The position numbers and the translations under genes are program-made. Positions 1 through 11,174 of a DNA stretch of 64,000 bases are shown piece after piece. The stretch's first letter is position 1. The number at the start of each line of letters is the position of its first letter. Under the pieces are notes generated by a model. It was not told the origin of the DNA and ran no database searches. It was given only the letters and a program-made list of their open reading frames with translations. The DNA comes from Terriglobia bacterium (GTDB lineage Bacteria; Acidobacteriota; Polarisedimenticolia; Polarisedimenticolales; JAIQFR01): assembly GCA_963748015.1 (NCBI GenBank), contig CAVVHE010000008.1:736001-800000 (forward strand), read 5' to 3'.

Positions 1-219
1 CTGTGCCACGAGCTCGCGCACCTGAGGCATTTCGACCACTCGCCGGCGTTCAAGGACTTCTACCTGAGGATCCTCGACGAGGCTCGCCGCCGCGGGTACT
101 ACAAGCCCGGTCCGGAGAGGCTGCACGGGCAGGGCGCGTTGTTCGACTTCGGGTCGTGCGGGAGCATGTCTCTCGCGACGGGTGCCCGCGCCGGGGCGGC
201 GCGGGGGAGGAGAGGATGA
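1..219 (+). CDS. C-terminal part of a zinc metallopeptidase-like protein (YgjP/M48/SprT-like), truncated by the window edge
   Basis: Frame 1 reads LCHELAHLRHFDHSPAF (HExxH motif). Its TGA at 217-219 overlaps the hemL ATG (ATGA). Confidence 0.7.
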   Translation: MCHELAHLRHFDHSPAFKDFYLRILDEARRRGYYKPGPERLHGQGALFDFGSCGSMSLATGARAGAARGRRG

Positions 220-1526
220 GCTCAGGGACCGGGGGAAACGGCGGCGTCATGGAGCGCCTCTTCGAGGAGGCCCGGAAGCTCATTCCGGGCGGGGTGGACA
301 GCCCCGTGCGGGCGTTCGGGGGCGTGGGCGGCACGCCGGTGTTCATGGAGAGCGGCCACGGCTGCCGGGTTCGCGACGCCGCGGGGCGGGAGTACGTGGA
401 CTACCTCGGCTCGTGGGGCCCGCTGATCGCCGGGCACTCGCACCCGCGCGTCGTGGCGGCGCTCCGGGACCAGGCGGGCAAGGCCACGTCCTTCGGCACC
501 CCTTCCGAGCTCGAGACCGAGCTGGCCCGGCGCGTCTGCGGAAGGGTCCCCGCGTGCGAGAAGGTCCGCTTCGTCTCCTCCGGGACCGAGGCGACCATGT
601 CGGCGATCCGCCTGGCGCGGGCGGCGACGGGACGCGACGGCGTGGTCAAGGTGGACGGCTGCTACCACGGCCACGTGGACTCGCTCCTGGTCAAGGCGGG
701 CTCGGGCATTCTCACGCTCGGGATCCCCGGCAGTCCCGGGATCCCGGCGGCGCTCGCCGCGCTGACCCACGTCGTGCCCTACAACGACGCCGGGGCGATC
801 GAGAGGCTTCTCGATTCCAGGGGAGGGGAGATCGCGTGCGTGATCCTCGAGCCGGTCGCCGGGAACATGGGGGTCGTGGCGCCGGCGCCGGGTTATCTCG
901 CGGCCGTTCGCGACATCACGAAGCGGCACGGCGTCGTCCTGATCCTCGACGAGGTCATGACGGGGTTCAGGGTCCACCGCGGCGGCGCGCAGGCGCTCTA
1001 CGGCGTGGCGCCGGACCTCTCCTGCTTCGGGAAGGTGATCGGCGGTGGCCTCCCCGTGGGCGCGTACGGCGGGCGGGCGGACCTCATGGACCGGATCGCT
1101 CCCTCGGGGCCGGTCTACCAGGCCGGGACGCTCTCGGGGAACCCGCTGGCGATGCGGGCGGGGATCGAGACGCTCGACCTGCTCGACGAGCCGGGGGTCT
1201 ACGAGAAGCTCGAGAGGATCTCGGCGCGGCTCGCCGACGGGCTCGCGGCCGCCGCCGCCGGGGCAAAGGTCCCCTCGACGCTCAACCGCGTGGGCTCGAT
1301 GATGACGGCGTTCTTCACGGGGGGCCCGGTCACCGACTACGCCTCCGCGGCCCGCGCTGACACGAAGCGATACGCGGCGTTCTTCCACGGCATGCTCCGC
1401 CGCGGGGTCTACCTGGCACCCTCGCAGTTCGAGGCGGCGTTCGTCTCCACCGCGCACGGCGAGGCCGACGTCGACTTCACGCTGCAGGCGGCTCGCGAGA
1501 CGCTCGGAGAGATCGCTCCAAGGTGA
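216..1526 (+). CDS. hemL: Glutamate-1-semialdehyde 2,1-aminomutase
   Basis: Motifs IPGGVDSPVRAF, SSGTEATMSAIRLARA, DEVMTGFR, FGKVIGGGLPVGAYGG and YQAGTLSGNPLA. Start at 216 or 249. Confidence 0.96.
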   Translation: MSSGTGGNGGVMERLFEEARKLIPGGVDSPVRAFGGVGGTPVFMESGHGCRVRDAAGREYVDYLGSWGPLIAGHSHPRVVAALRDQAGKATSFGTPSELETELARRVCGRVPACEKVRFVSSGTEATMSAIRLARAATGRDGVVKVDGCYHGHVDSLLVKAGSGILTLGIPGSPGIPAALAALTHVVPYNDAGAIERLLDSRGGEIACVILEPVAGNMGVVAPAPGYLAAVRDITKRHGVVLILDEVMTGFRVHRGGAQALYGVAPDLSCFGKVIGGGLPVGAYGGRADLMDRIAPSGPVYQAGTLSGNPLAMRAGIETLDLLDEPGVYEKLERISARLADGLAAAAAGAKVPSTLNRVGSMMTAFFTGGPVTDYASAARADTKRYAAFFHGMLRRGVYLAPSQFEAAFVSTAHGEADVDFTLQAARETLGEIAPR

Positions 1527-1546
1527 GACGGTACGGAGGCAACGCG

Positions 1547-2230
1547 ATGCTCAAGCTCCACTACCACGGTCACGACTGCTGGGAGTTCGACGACGGGACG
1601 CACCGCGTCCTGGTGGACCCGTTCCTCAAGGGAAACGCCCTGGCCGACGTCGGCCCGGAGGCCTTCCGGAAACTCGACGCGATCCTGATCACGCACGGCC
1701 ACGGCGATCACGTCGGGGACGGGATCGAGATCGCGAAGCGCACCGGCGCCCTCGTGATCTCGAACTTCGAGATCGTGAACTACTTCGGCGGGAAGGGATG
1801 CAAGGGGCACCCGATGCACATCGGGGGGGGCCACGCGTTCCCGTTCGGCCACGTGAAGCTCACGATCGCGCACCACGGCTCGACCGGCCCGGAAGGTCAG
1901 GCGCTCGGGAACCCCGTCGGGTTCGTGGTCACGATGGGAGGCAAGAAGGTCTACCACGCGGGGGACACCGGGCTGTTCCTCGACATGAAGCTGATCGGGG
2001 AGGCCTGGGGGCCGCTCGACGCGGCGCTGCTCCCGATCGGCGACAACTTCACGATGGGAGTGGACGACGCCGTGATGGCTGCCGGGTTCCTGAAGGCCGG
2101 GGTGAGCATCCCGATGCACTACGGGACGTTCGACATCATCGCGGCCGATCCCGGCGAGTTCGTCCGGAAGGTCGAGGCGACGGGGCGCAAGGCCGCGGTC
2201 GTCAAGCCGGGGGCGAGCTACACGGTCTGA
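1547..2230 (+). CDS. Metallo-beta-lactamase-fold metal-dependent hydrolase (UPF0173-like)
   Basis: THGHGDH, YHAGDTG, LPIGDNFTMG and PMHYGTF motifs. GGAGG RBS before ATG 1547. Confidence 0.9.
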   Translation: MLKLHYHGHDCWEFDDGTHRVLVDPFLKGNALADVGPEAFRKLDAILITHGHGDHVGDGIEIAKRTGALVISNFEIVNYFGGKGCKGHPMHIGGGHAFPFGHVKLTIAHHGSTGPEGQALGNPVGFVVTMGGKKVYHAGDTGLFLDMKLIGEAWGPLDAALLPIGDNFTMGVDDAVMAAGFLKAGVSIPMHYGTFDIIAADPGEFVRKVEATGRKAAVVKPGASYTV

Positions 2231-2237
2231 GATCGCG

Positions 2238-2397
2238 CCGGCTCAACGCGCGAGCGGCCGGGTCGTCCGGGCCCGGGCTACTTCGCGCGCTCGAGGTGGC
2301 TGCCGTTGGCCGTGCTGATCCGCACGACTTCTCCCTCGTCGATGAACGATGGCACCTGGACGACGAGCCCCGTTTCGGGGGCCGCGGGCTTCCTCTG
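2238..2397 (-). pseudogene. Decayed duplicate of the efp 3' end (last 120 bp) fused to remnants of the TMTC-like gene 3' end
   Basis: 2278-2397 aligns without gaps to 20741-20860 (8 mismatches by hand count). 2238-2257 is identical to 19013-19032 and 2260-2270 is identical to 19055-19065. Confidence 0.92.
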
Positions 2398-2486
2398 AGG
2401 ACAATGTGTTTGGGCGGTGTCTTCTGGGGTCGGTAGGAGGGTTGACATAAAATCCCTTTCCTGGACATGGACCGCGGTTTCGCAGC

Positions 2487-2897
2487 TTGAACTTCCTATC
2501 CGTCTGGGGCTACTCGGACAAGGCGCGCCTGTCGCTGTTCAGCAAGGCGATCGATCACGACGAGTACGTCCGGCTGTTCGGCCTGGTGGTCGAGGATCAC
2601 GACCGGGCGGTCGCGCTCGATCCCGGCAGCGCCGACGTCCAATTCAAGCGCGGCCTCTCCTTCTACGACGGCGCGGCGCTGGTGAACGAGGCGGAAGTTG
2701 ATCACCGGTCCTGGTTCGATGTCGCCGACGCCGATTTCGCCAAGGCCATCGAGAGGGACCCGCGGCACGCCCTGGCCTGGGACTACCTTGGTCTGGTCGA
2801 CGAGCAAAGCGACAGGATGGACGACGCCATCGCCGATTTCACGCGCCTGATGGCGATCGACGCGGAGCGGGGAGGGCGCGGTCGGCCAGGTCGATGA
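2487..2897 (+). pseudogene. TPR-repeat protein fragment
   Basis: TPR-like helices (RAVALDP..A..QFKRG; FAKAIERDPRHALAWDYLG; DDAIADF). No convincing start, and the frame breaks down after ~2870. Confidence 0.55.
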
Positions 2898-3639
2898 ACC
2901 GTGGCACCTGATCCGCCGGGTAACCAGCCATGTTGCCGCCGATCTCGAGAAATCGGTCGAGCTGGAGCTTGGCCGACGGGTGCTCCTGCGAACCGTACGC
3001 CGCCTGGCGTCCATCCACGTCGATGCCCCGATCTACTACAGGGCCCGGACCTCGTGCGCAAGGCGCAACGCTTCGGCCGGGTCGATCACCGAAGCACGTC
3101 GAGCGATTTGGCGAAGATGCCAGGGAGGCCACGGTAGGGGGCGCCGCCGCGGACCCGTCCATCCCGGTCCGATTCCCCCCGCTTCCGGAATTCGAGTCGC
3201 GCGCCGCGTGCGCTTAACACGTCGCCGAAACGAATCCAGGGATTCCTCATTTCCCCCTCCCCATCCCGTGACCGACGGGCGCGTGAAGGGTTCACCGAGG
3301 AGTTCGACGCCCGCGCGGTCTCGTTGTTCTCGCTTCTCAAAGCTCCTGGCCTGCAGTATCGACCAGGCCCACGACCGCCTCCCGCAAGCCCGCGGAGAGC
3401 CGGGGCCATGCCTCAACGATGGGAGGTCAAACCGTCATCCCGGGTGATCCGCAGAGCTAGTCAGCGGCTGAGTGCCGTTGTGTTTGTGTCGTGCTCGGGT
3501 CGCGACCGGGTTCGGCCCTGTCGGGTCGTGGTTCCGTCCCACCGCTGCTCCCCTTGCCCCCGTTCGTTTCGGCATTCGCCCCGTTGGGCCCGGCCGCGGC
3601 GGGTGTTGTGTCCGGCCGACGGCGTCGTTACTACGAGAC

Positions 3640-5802
3640 ATGAGCCAGTCCATGCTGGAGGAAACCTACGACGAGGCATGTCGTAGCCTTGCTGATAATG
3701 CTCTGTCTGGTCGTCTCAGCCCCGGCCGCTCATGCAGGGGTCGAGGACGTCGATCTCGGCATGGGCCGCGAACGGGTCATGCGTGACATCGAGACCTCCG
3801 AATACGAGGTCACTTGGCAGGCACGGATCAACCTCCCGGACATCGAAGCGGCCTGGCACACCCCCGAATCGGGCACACGGATTTCGCACAGACGTCACCG
3901 ATTTCGGAATCCGGGTCGTGCCGAGGATCGAGGGGGGACCTCCTGGCATTGGGGTCTCTCGTCGGTGGCATACGGTCGTGGCGGCACCCTCGTGGCGCCT
4001 GCCGGAATCCAAGCTCAGGGCTGCCGGGTTACCCGGCGTCGACTACGAGCGCGGCGCGGTGGAGGAATGGTACCGTGGAATTCCCCGAGGGGCCTGGAGC
4101 AGGGTTTCGTGTTGCCGGTGCCTCCGGGAGGACTTGGCCAAGGGGCCGGCAGCGCGGGCCTTCACCGTGACGCGGCCGGGGACTGCAAGGAACCTCGAAG
4201 GCGGGGACCTCGTTCATCTCGACCTCGAGTTGGTGGGGGACCTTAGCCCTTCGGCTAAGCCTGGACGGGCAAGCAATCGACTTCCGAACCGCGACGGGCA
4301 TCAACGTGATCCACTTCGCGGAGCTGAAGGTGACGGACGCCACGGGCCAAGAGTTGCCGAGCTGGATGGAGGGGTTCGCGCTCGCCCCGGGCCGCGGGAT
4401 CCGCATCGTCGTGGATGCACGTCGCGCCATCTACCCAATCACCGTGGACCCACTCGCGACGAGCGCCGCGTGGACAGCCGAAAGCGATCAGGCAGGCGCC
4501 AACTTCGGTCATTCCGTTGCGACGGCGGGGGATGTCAACGGCGACGGCTACTTGGACGTGATCGTCGGGGCTGACCTCTGGGACGGTGGCGTCACCGACC
4601 AGGGAGCTGTGTTCGTCTTCTATGGAAACGGGGGAGGGGGACAAGACGCTGCCGCCCCGGGCCGCAGCAACGACGATTCGACGACTCCGCCCCAATCTCG
4701 CCGCTCGGCATCTCGAGCGCTCCCGGACTCCTTCCGCCTGGCGATGAGCGGTCGCACGCCGTTTGGCAGGGCGAAGGTCAAGCTGGAATGGGAGGTCAAG
4801 CCGCTGGGAACGCTATTCAACGGGGCCGGCACCGGGTTCAGCCCGGCGTGGACTGACACCGGCAGGACCGGCGCGTCGTTCAATCAGGCGGTGTCCGGTC
4901 TGGAGTGGAACTTCCACCTACCACTGGCGGATGCGGGTGCGGTACGACCGGGCCTACGGTGCCCTTCGCACGATCGAGTCGCTGGTACACGGCACCGCAT
5001 AACCGCCTCCTGGAGATGGATCTCCGAACGGTCGATGAGCTGCGCGGCGGATCTCGACGCGGACGGCGCGAACGCGTGCCAGGACTGCAACGACTCGGAT
5101 CCGAACAACTGGCAGTCGTGTGCTTCATGTGCGGACCGCGACCACGACCTCTACCACGTCGGGTGCGATGCCTATGTGACGATCCACGGGCCCGACTGCA
5201 ACGACTTGGGATCCCCGGAACTGGATCTCGTGCGCCACGTGTTTCGACTTCGATCAGGACGGCGTCACGGGCGTCTGCGACTGGCCGACCAGGTCCAATC
5301 GACTGTAACGACAATGACCCTAACCACTGGGCTTGGGGCTGCGCCGGGTGCCGCGACGCGGATCAGGACGGGTTCTTCATCGGGTGCGATGCGTATCGGA
5401 CGATCCAGGGTCCCGACTGCGACGATGCGGCAAGCGCAACCTACCCCGGGGCTCCCGAGGTGAACGACGGCATGGACAACCAGTGTCCAGGAGACCCCGG
5501 ATGCGGCAGCGTGGACGAAATCACGGGAGCGGCGATGTTCTGGACAGCGAACAACTGGTTCTGCTGGCCGGAGCAGGGGGGTGCCACCTCGTACCAGGTC
5601 GCGGTATTGATGCGTCCCGATTTCCTGGAGACCAATTGCGTCAGCGTGACGGTCGGGACCGCGTCGTGCCTCGCGCCGCTTCCCGATCCGCCGACCCAAG
5701 GCTTGCAGTACTACCTGGTTCGTGCCTACACCCCCTTTCATCGGGAGCTCGGGGATCGACAGCCATGGGAACGAGAGGACACTCGTGTGCGGCCAACCAT
5801 GA
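3640..5802 (+). pseudogene. Fragmented secreted protein: FG-GAP repeat, Cys/Asp-rich putative metal-binding repeats and a C-terminal FN3-like module
   Basis: Pieces in different frames: VEEWY/GLEQGF, YPITVDPL, FGHSVATAGDVNGDGYLDVIVGA (FG-GAP), [39 protein letters not shown]. Many frameshifts, from decay or sequencing error. Confidence 0.65.
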
Positions 5803-6314
5803 ACGGGCACTCACGGAGTTGTTTCGCGCCACTCGGGAAGCGCAGGTGACGAAAGAATGCCGGAAGTCGGTGTCGAACTTGGTGCCGCGAGGATTTGACC
5901 GTCGTCCCATCAAGCTCTTGAGCCGGACGAGAAGACGAAGAAGCTCATGGAGGCGAGGGATGAGCTTCAACAGGGGCGTCACGCCGAGATCCTCCTGGCG
6001 TGTCCCGAGTTCTTCCGTCAAAGGATGGCCGAGAACAACGTGCGTGGTGCGCTTGCAGGGACCTCCCGTCATTCGAGGATCGGTGCGCCCAACGCGGAGG
6101 TATCTCGGTCGAACTCCACCCGTGAGCCGGCGCGTAGGCCCGCCTCTAGAATGTGTCCGCGACCCGGGTTGACCGCAGAGAAGTGCGCGAAACGGCGGGA
6201 AACGGCGGCGGTCTGAGGAAAGCGGCGAGCATCAGCGAAGGATGGTGCCGTCCGTAGGTTCAGCGGGGGACGGCAATCTCTCGCCTGTTCCTGGTTTCAC
6301 GACGGTCGCTCTTC

Positions 6315-6509
6315 GAGGTTGGGATGACGAGCGTCTTTCCTGAGGCGACGTCTTGCGCAGCACAACGAGGGCCGAACCTATCGACTGCCCAGCACAGGCC
6401 TTGGGACGTGAAGCTTCACATCGCTGTCGACGACCGCGAACTGGCCCACCGCTTTGAGCATCACCTGAAATCGGGCTCCGGCCAGGCTTTCGCCAACCGT
6501 CAATTCTGA
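6315..6509 (+). pseudogene. 5'-truncated, frameshifted small GIY-YIG nuclease family gene
   Basis: Joined frames read VGMTS..LRRRLAQHNEGR..STAQHRPW...AHRFEHHLKSGSGQAFANRQF, typical of small GIY-YIG proteins. The N-terminal GIY strand is missing. Confidence 0.75.
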
Positions 6510-6590
6510 GCACGGCCTCCGCAGCTCCGCGACCGAAGGGAGCGAGCGAAGGAGGCCCGCTTCGCCGCTCGCCCAGCGAGTGAAGGACGA

Positions 6591-9500
6591 TTAGTCGACC
6601 GGGAGAGGCAACGACCGTGCCTCCCGGATCGACGGGAGCGCATGGGGGGGAACGGGCCGGGATCCGGCGGCGACGATGGACTCGAGATCGCGCATCACCT
6701 TCCTCGCCGAGTCTGTGCTGCCCGAGCCGCCAATGAGACATCGCGGTAAAGGCGAGGTCCTCGATCGGCGTGTCCTCCCCGGCGGCGCGATACAGCTCGC
6801 GCGCACGGGCGAGATTCCCCAAGGCGTCACGATGCCTGCCCGCGCGGTACTGACACTTGCCGAGGTTGGCCACGTACTCCGGAAAGCCCGGCTGAACCCG
6901 GTTGACGATCTCGATCTTGCGGACGAGCACGGCGAGTTCCGCGCGGGAGAGCCCTCTGTTCCGGTAACCGTATACCGCGTCGCTGTTCAGCCAGCCGATG
7001 TGATCCCCGCGCGCCTCGACCAGCTCGAGGCCCGCGCTTTGGATGTCCCGCGGCAGCGTCTTCAGGGCGCGCAGCCTGCGCGCAACGTCCTCGGCGAAGG
7101 TGCTAGCTCCGCGTACAGACCGTTCACGACCTCGCGGGCCTCGCGCGCCGTCGCCCTCGCCCCGAAACCCTCGGGAGGCGGTCCCGTCTCCAGGAGGACC
7201 ATCGCCTTCTCGTTGCTCGCGAGAAGCGCGCGGCCCTACCCTCGCGAACGTCAGCCGGTGAACGTCCCCGAGGCCGGATTCGAGCACGACGTCCCGGAGA
7301 TGCCCTCGCGCATCGCTGAAACGAAGTTTCCCGTCGCTCCCAGCCATGACCACGCGCAGCCCGTCCGGGGAGAACGTCACGGCGTGGAGCGCGAGGTTGG
7401 GCTGGGCCTGGCCCGCGATGCGCTCGCCGCGAGCGACGTTCCACAGGACCATCTCGCCGCGAGACGTCACGGCCGCCACCCTCTCTCCCGCGGCGTCGAA
7501 GGCGACGGCCTCGACCGCGCCGTTCTCGACTCTGAACGCGCCCAGGCTCCGACCGCTTCCGACATCCCAGACCCGGACGCCGGCGCCCGGCGCGCGCAAC
7601 GCCCCCGTGGCGTCTCCCGACGCGACGTCGAAGCCGACCGCGACCCGCGTTCCCCCGGCGCCGACGGCGACGCAGCGGAATCTATGACCTGGCTCGCCGA
7701 TCTCGCGCACCGTCTTGCCGCTCGACGTTTCGATCGAGCGCAGCGTCGCCTTCTCGCGTTCGCGATCAGGAGCGTTGCGCCGTCCGGGCTCCAGACGAGC
7801 CCGACGACGTCGCCGCTCGGCGTCTCGATGTGCCCCTCGACGTCGCCGGTCGCCGTATCCAGGGAGGTCAGACGACGCCTCCGTCGTGGGGCCCGGCCGC
7901 CCACCCGTCTCGGGAACTCGGCGAGCTGGCCTTTCTGCCCGGCGACGGCGAGTCGGCCTCCGTCGGGACTGAAGGCCAGCGCGCTGGTCCACGGTTCCAG
8001 CGTGTACGCGTTCCACCTCTCGCTTCCCGCCACGAGATCGTGCAGCGTGACGAACCGCCAGCCCGCGGTGGCGACAAAACGGCCGTCGGACGAGACCGCG
8101 ACGACCGAGGTCTCGCGCCGCGGTGGCGTCGGAATCGTCAGGGGCCGCGCGTCGGTCGCCGGGTCCCAGACCCGCCTTGCGTGATCGGCGTCCGTCGTGA
8201 TCAACGACTTGCCGTCCGGCGACCAGCTCACGCCGACCGGTCGAGTCCGGAGTACGGACGTGATGGTGCGGTCGCCGATCCGCCGGACCTTCACTCCCTC
8301 GTCGCTGAGAAACGCCGACCCGCTTCCCGTCCGGGCTGGCCGCCGCCGCGTACGAGCTGCTCTCCGGATTCAGGGACAGCGCATCGACACCAATGTCCTG
8401 GATCAGGGGGTCGCCCTCGTCCAACGACGCCGCCGGGTTCTCCAGGCGCCGCTCGACGCGCCCGCTCTCGAGGCTCACGACGCACACGGACCCGGGTCTG
8501 CCATCGTAGTAGATGATCTGCGGCGTCCGCTCCGACCGAGGAGGTCAAGAGGGCCGTAGCATCGGGGACCTCGAGGGTGCGGCGGAGCTTTCCGGTGCGC
8601 GCTTCGAGAAGCAGGATCGCGTGCTGATTCCAGGGACCGACGGCCGCGAGGGCGCCGTCCGGGCTGAAGACCCCGCCCAGCGAGAACACCCCGTGCCGGT
8701 GCCACCGCTCCTTCCCGGTGCTCGGGTCGCGCATGAGGATCACGCGACCGCCGCCATCGTCCGAGGTGCCGGGGGCGTGAGCGCCCGCGTCGACGAGCTC
8801 CAGCGTTCCGTCCGGCAGCGTGCGCCTCAGATGGCTCCATGCGTAGCCGTCCGGCGGAGGAGGCGCCGGGGGTAGGGGCTCTTCCTCGCGGTGCATCCCC
8901 GCCCGCCATCTCAGGTGCCTCCAGGCCCACGAGCGGAGGTGCTGGGGGAGGGAGTCCAGCGCCCGCGCCGCGGACGCCGGATCGAGCGCCGCGAGCGAGG
9001 CGGCGGCCGCCACCAGACGCGCCTCGTGGGCAGCCCGCTCGGCCTCCGCGGTTGCCGCCTCGGCGACGAGACGGTACCGCGCCTCACGGCGGGCGTACCC
9101 TGCGGATACCACGAGGCCCAGCGCCAGCGCGATCATCGTGGCCGCCGCGCCGCCCACCAGAACCTTGTTCCTCCGCGCGAACTTCCGAAGCTGGTAGAAC
9201 GACCCTGTGCGCCGCGCGCGAATCGGCTCGTGGCGGAGGTGGCGGCGGATGTCCTCGGCCATCTCCTCCGCCGAGGCGTAGCGCCGGTCGCTCTCCTTAG
9301 CGCAGCGCCTTGCCCACGATCGCGTCGATGTCCCCCCGGAGCGTCGCGTCGAGGGAGCCGGGGCGCGATGGCTCGTCCTCCCGGATCGCGCGGATCGCTT
9401 CCGGCAGCGAACGGTCGTGGGTGTCGATCGGAGGCCGTCCGCACAGCAGCTCGTAGAGAATCACGCCGAGCGAGTAGACGTCCGATCGGGCGTCGATCGC

Positions 9501-10307
9501 CTCGTGCTTGCCGCCGACCTGCTCGGGGCTCATGTACTGGACCGTCCCCACGAACTGCGCGGACGCGGTGGCGATCGTCAGCGGCTGCCAATCGGCCCCG
9601 GTGACGCGCGCGATGCCGAAGTCGAGCACCTTGGGCTGACCGTCCTCGGTGACCAGGATGTTCGACGGCTTCAGGTCGCGATGGACGATGCCGTGCAGGT
9701 GGGCGTGCTGAACCGCGTCGCAGATGCGGGCCACGAGGTCGAGACGCTGCTTCTTGTCGAGCGAGTGTCTCCGGGCGTACTCGGCCAGCGAAAGCCCTTC
9801 GACGAATTCCATGGCGAGAAAGGGCAGCTGAACGGGTGCCCGCCCTGGAAAATCCACTGGCGCCCGCCCCGCCTCGTAGATCGTGGCGACGCCCGGGTGG
9901 TGAAGCCGGCCCAGGATCTCGGCCTCCCGTTCGAATCGCCGCAGCCATGGTCGCGAGACGAACGCGGGATGGATGACCTTGAGCGCGACGCGGCGGTGCG
10001 GGCTCTCCTGGCGCGACTCGTAGACGATCCCCATGCCGCCGCGGCCGACGACCCGGACGATCTCGTACCGGCCGATCCGCTCCGGATGAGGTTCGTCCTC
10101 GTCGAGCAGGGCTTGCGCCCGATCCCTGGCGGCGGGTTCCATGAAATCGCCCATGCTGTCGAGCGCGTCGAGCAGGCGGCGCAGGGACTCCCGGAGCTCA
10201 CGATCCTCCCCGCAGCGTTCCTCGAGGAACCGCTCCCGCGCCGCGAGCGGCAGCTCGGCGGCCTCGTCGAACAACTCCTCCGCACGCCGCAGAAGGTCGT
10301 TCGTCAT
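6591..10307 (-). CDS. Ser/Thr protein kinase with WD40 repeats and C-terminal TPR-like helices (multiply frameshifted)
   Basis: GRGGMG, VALK, HRDLKPSN, DFG, GTVQYMSPE and DVYSLG motifs in 9297-10307. WD40 motifs (FSPDG, WSPDG, VRVWDV) continue in shifting frames to ~6600. Confidence 0.85.
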
Positions 10308-10313
10308 CGAGGG

Positions 10314-10880
10314 TCACCCCTCACCTGCGCCGGTCACTCGTGAAGCTGGTCGTACAGCCAGGCCGTGCGAAACGCCACTCGCGCTCGACGGTGCTGATCG
10401 AAACGGCCAGAATCTTGGCCGTCTCCTCGGCCGTGAGTCCGGCGAAGAACCGCAGGTTGACGATCTCGCCCTTGCGAGGATCCTCCGTCTCGAGACGGCC
10501 GAGCGCTTCGTGGACCGCGAGGATGTCGTCGGCGGGGAGCTGGATCGGCAGGACGATCTCGCCGTCGACGCGGCGCCAGCCTCCGCCCGCTTCGCTCGAC
10601 CCTTTCGCCGCGCCTGATCGACGAGGACTTCGCGCATCGCCCGAGCGGCGGCGCCGAAGAAGTGGGCGCGGCCGTTCCAGCGAGGATCGTTCGCGCCGAC
10701 CAGCTTGGCGTAGGCCTCGTGGACCAGCTCCGTCGTCTGGAGCGTCGCCCCGCGCGGCCGACCGGCCATCATCGAGCGGGCGAGACGCCGGAGCTCGTCG
10801 TAGAGGTAGGGCGCAAGCTCCGCGGAGGCCTCGCCCCGCGAAACCCGGTCGAGCGCGTCGAGGAACGCCCCCTCGCGCAT
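10314..10880 (-). CDS. ECF RNA polymerase sigma factor, TIGR02999-type (kinase-associated), frameshifted
   Basis: LYDELRRLA..TLQTTELVHEAYAKL..RAHFFGAAARAMREVLVDQARR, then VNLRFFAGLTAEETA..STVEREWRFAR in another frame. Lies directly upstream of the kinase. Confidence 0.85.
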   Translation of the reverse strand: MREGAFLDALDRVSRGEASAELAPYLYDELRRLARSMMAGRPRGATLQTTELVHEAYAKLVGANDPRWNGRAHFFGAAARAMREVLVDQARRKGRAKRAEAGAASTARSSCRSSSPPTTSSRSTKRSAVSRRRILARARSSTCGSSPDSRPRRRPRFWPFRSAPSSASGVSHGLAVRPASRVTGAGEG

Positions 10881-11174
10881 CCCCAAGATCCGCCCCCCCC
10901 GTCTCGGGCGAGCATCCACACCGCGCGAAGCCGCGACCCCAAGCCGTTTTGGAAATGGGACCCGCGCCCTCGGCGCAGGGGGAACGCCCCCCTGGACTTC
11001 GGTAAGTATACGGCCAACCACCCTCGTAAAGGGCTTCTCCCCGAAAAGACGAACTGTGTACGAGGGAGTGGTATGGCGACGCAAGGTCGCTCCATCCGGT
11101 CGGCGGGCGCGGGGACGTCGTGCCGCGGCGGCCGAAAGCCCCGTGATTTCCGCCGGGAAGTCGAGGAGAAAGCC

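Noticed and set aside
5803..6216. Possible gene fragment after the FG-GAP gene
   Set aside because: The frames are short and broken with no recognisable motif, so it cannot be assigned.
6243..6274. Intact tRNA gene
   Set aside because: Only an acceptor-like stem plus ACCA is present, with no D, anticodon or T arms.
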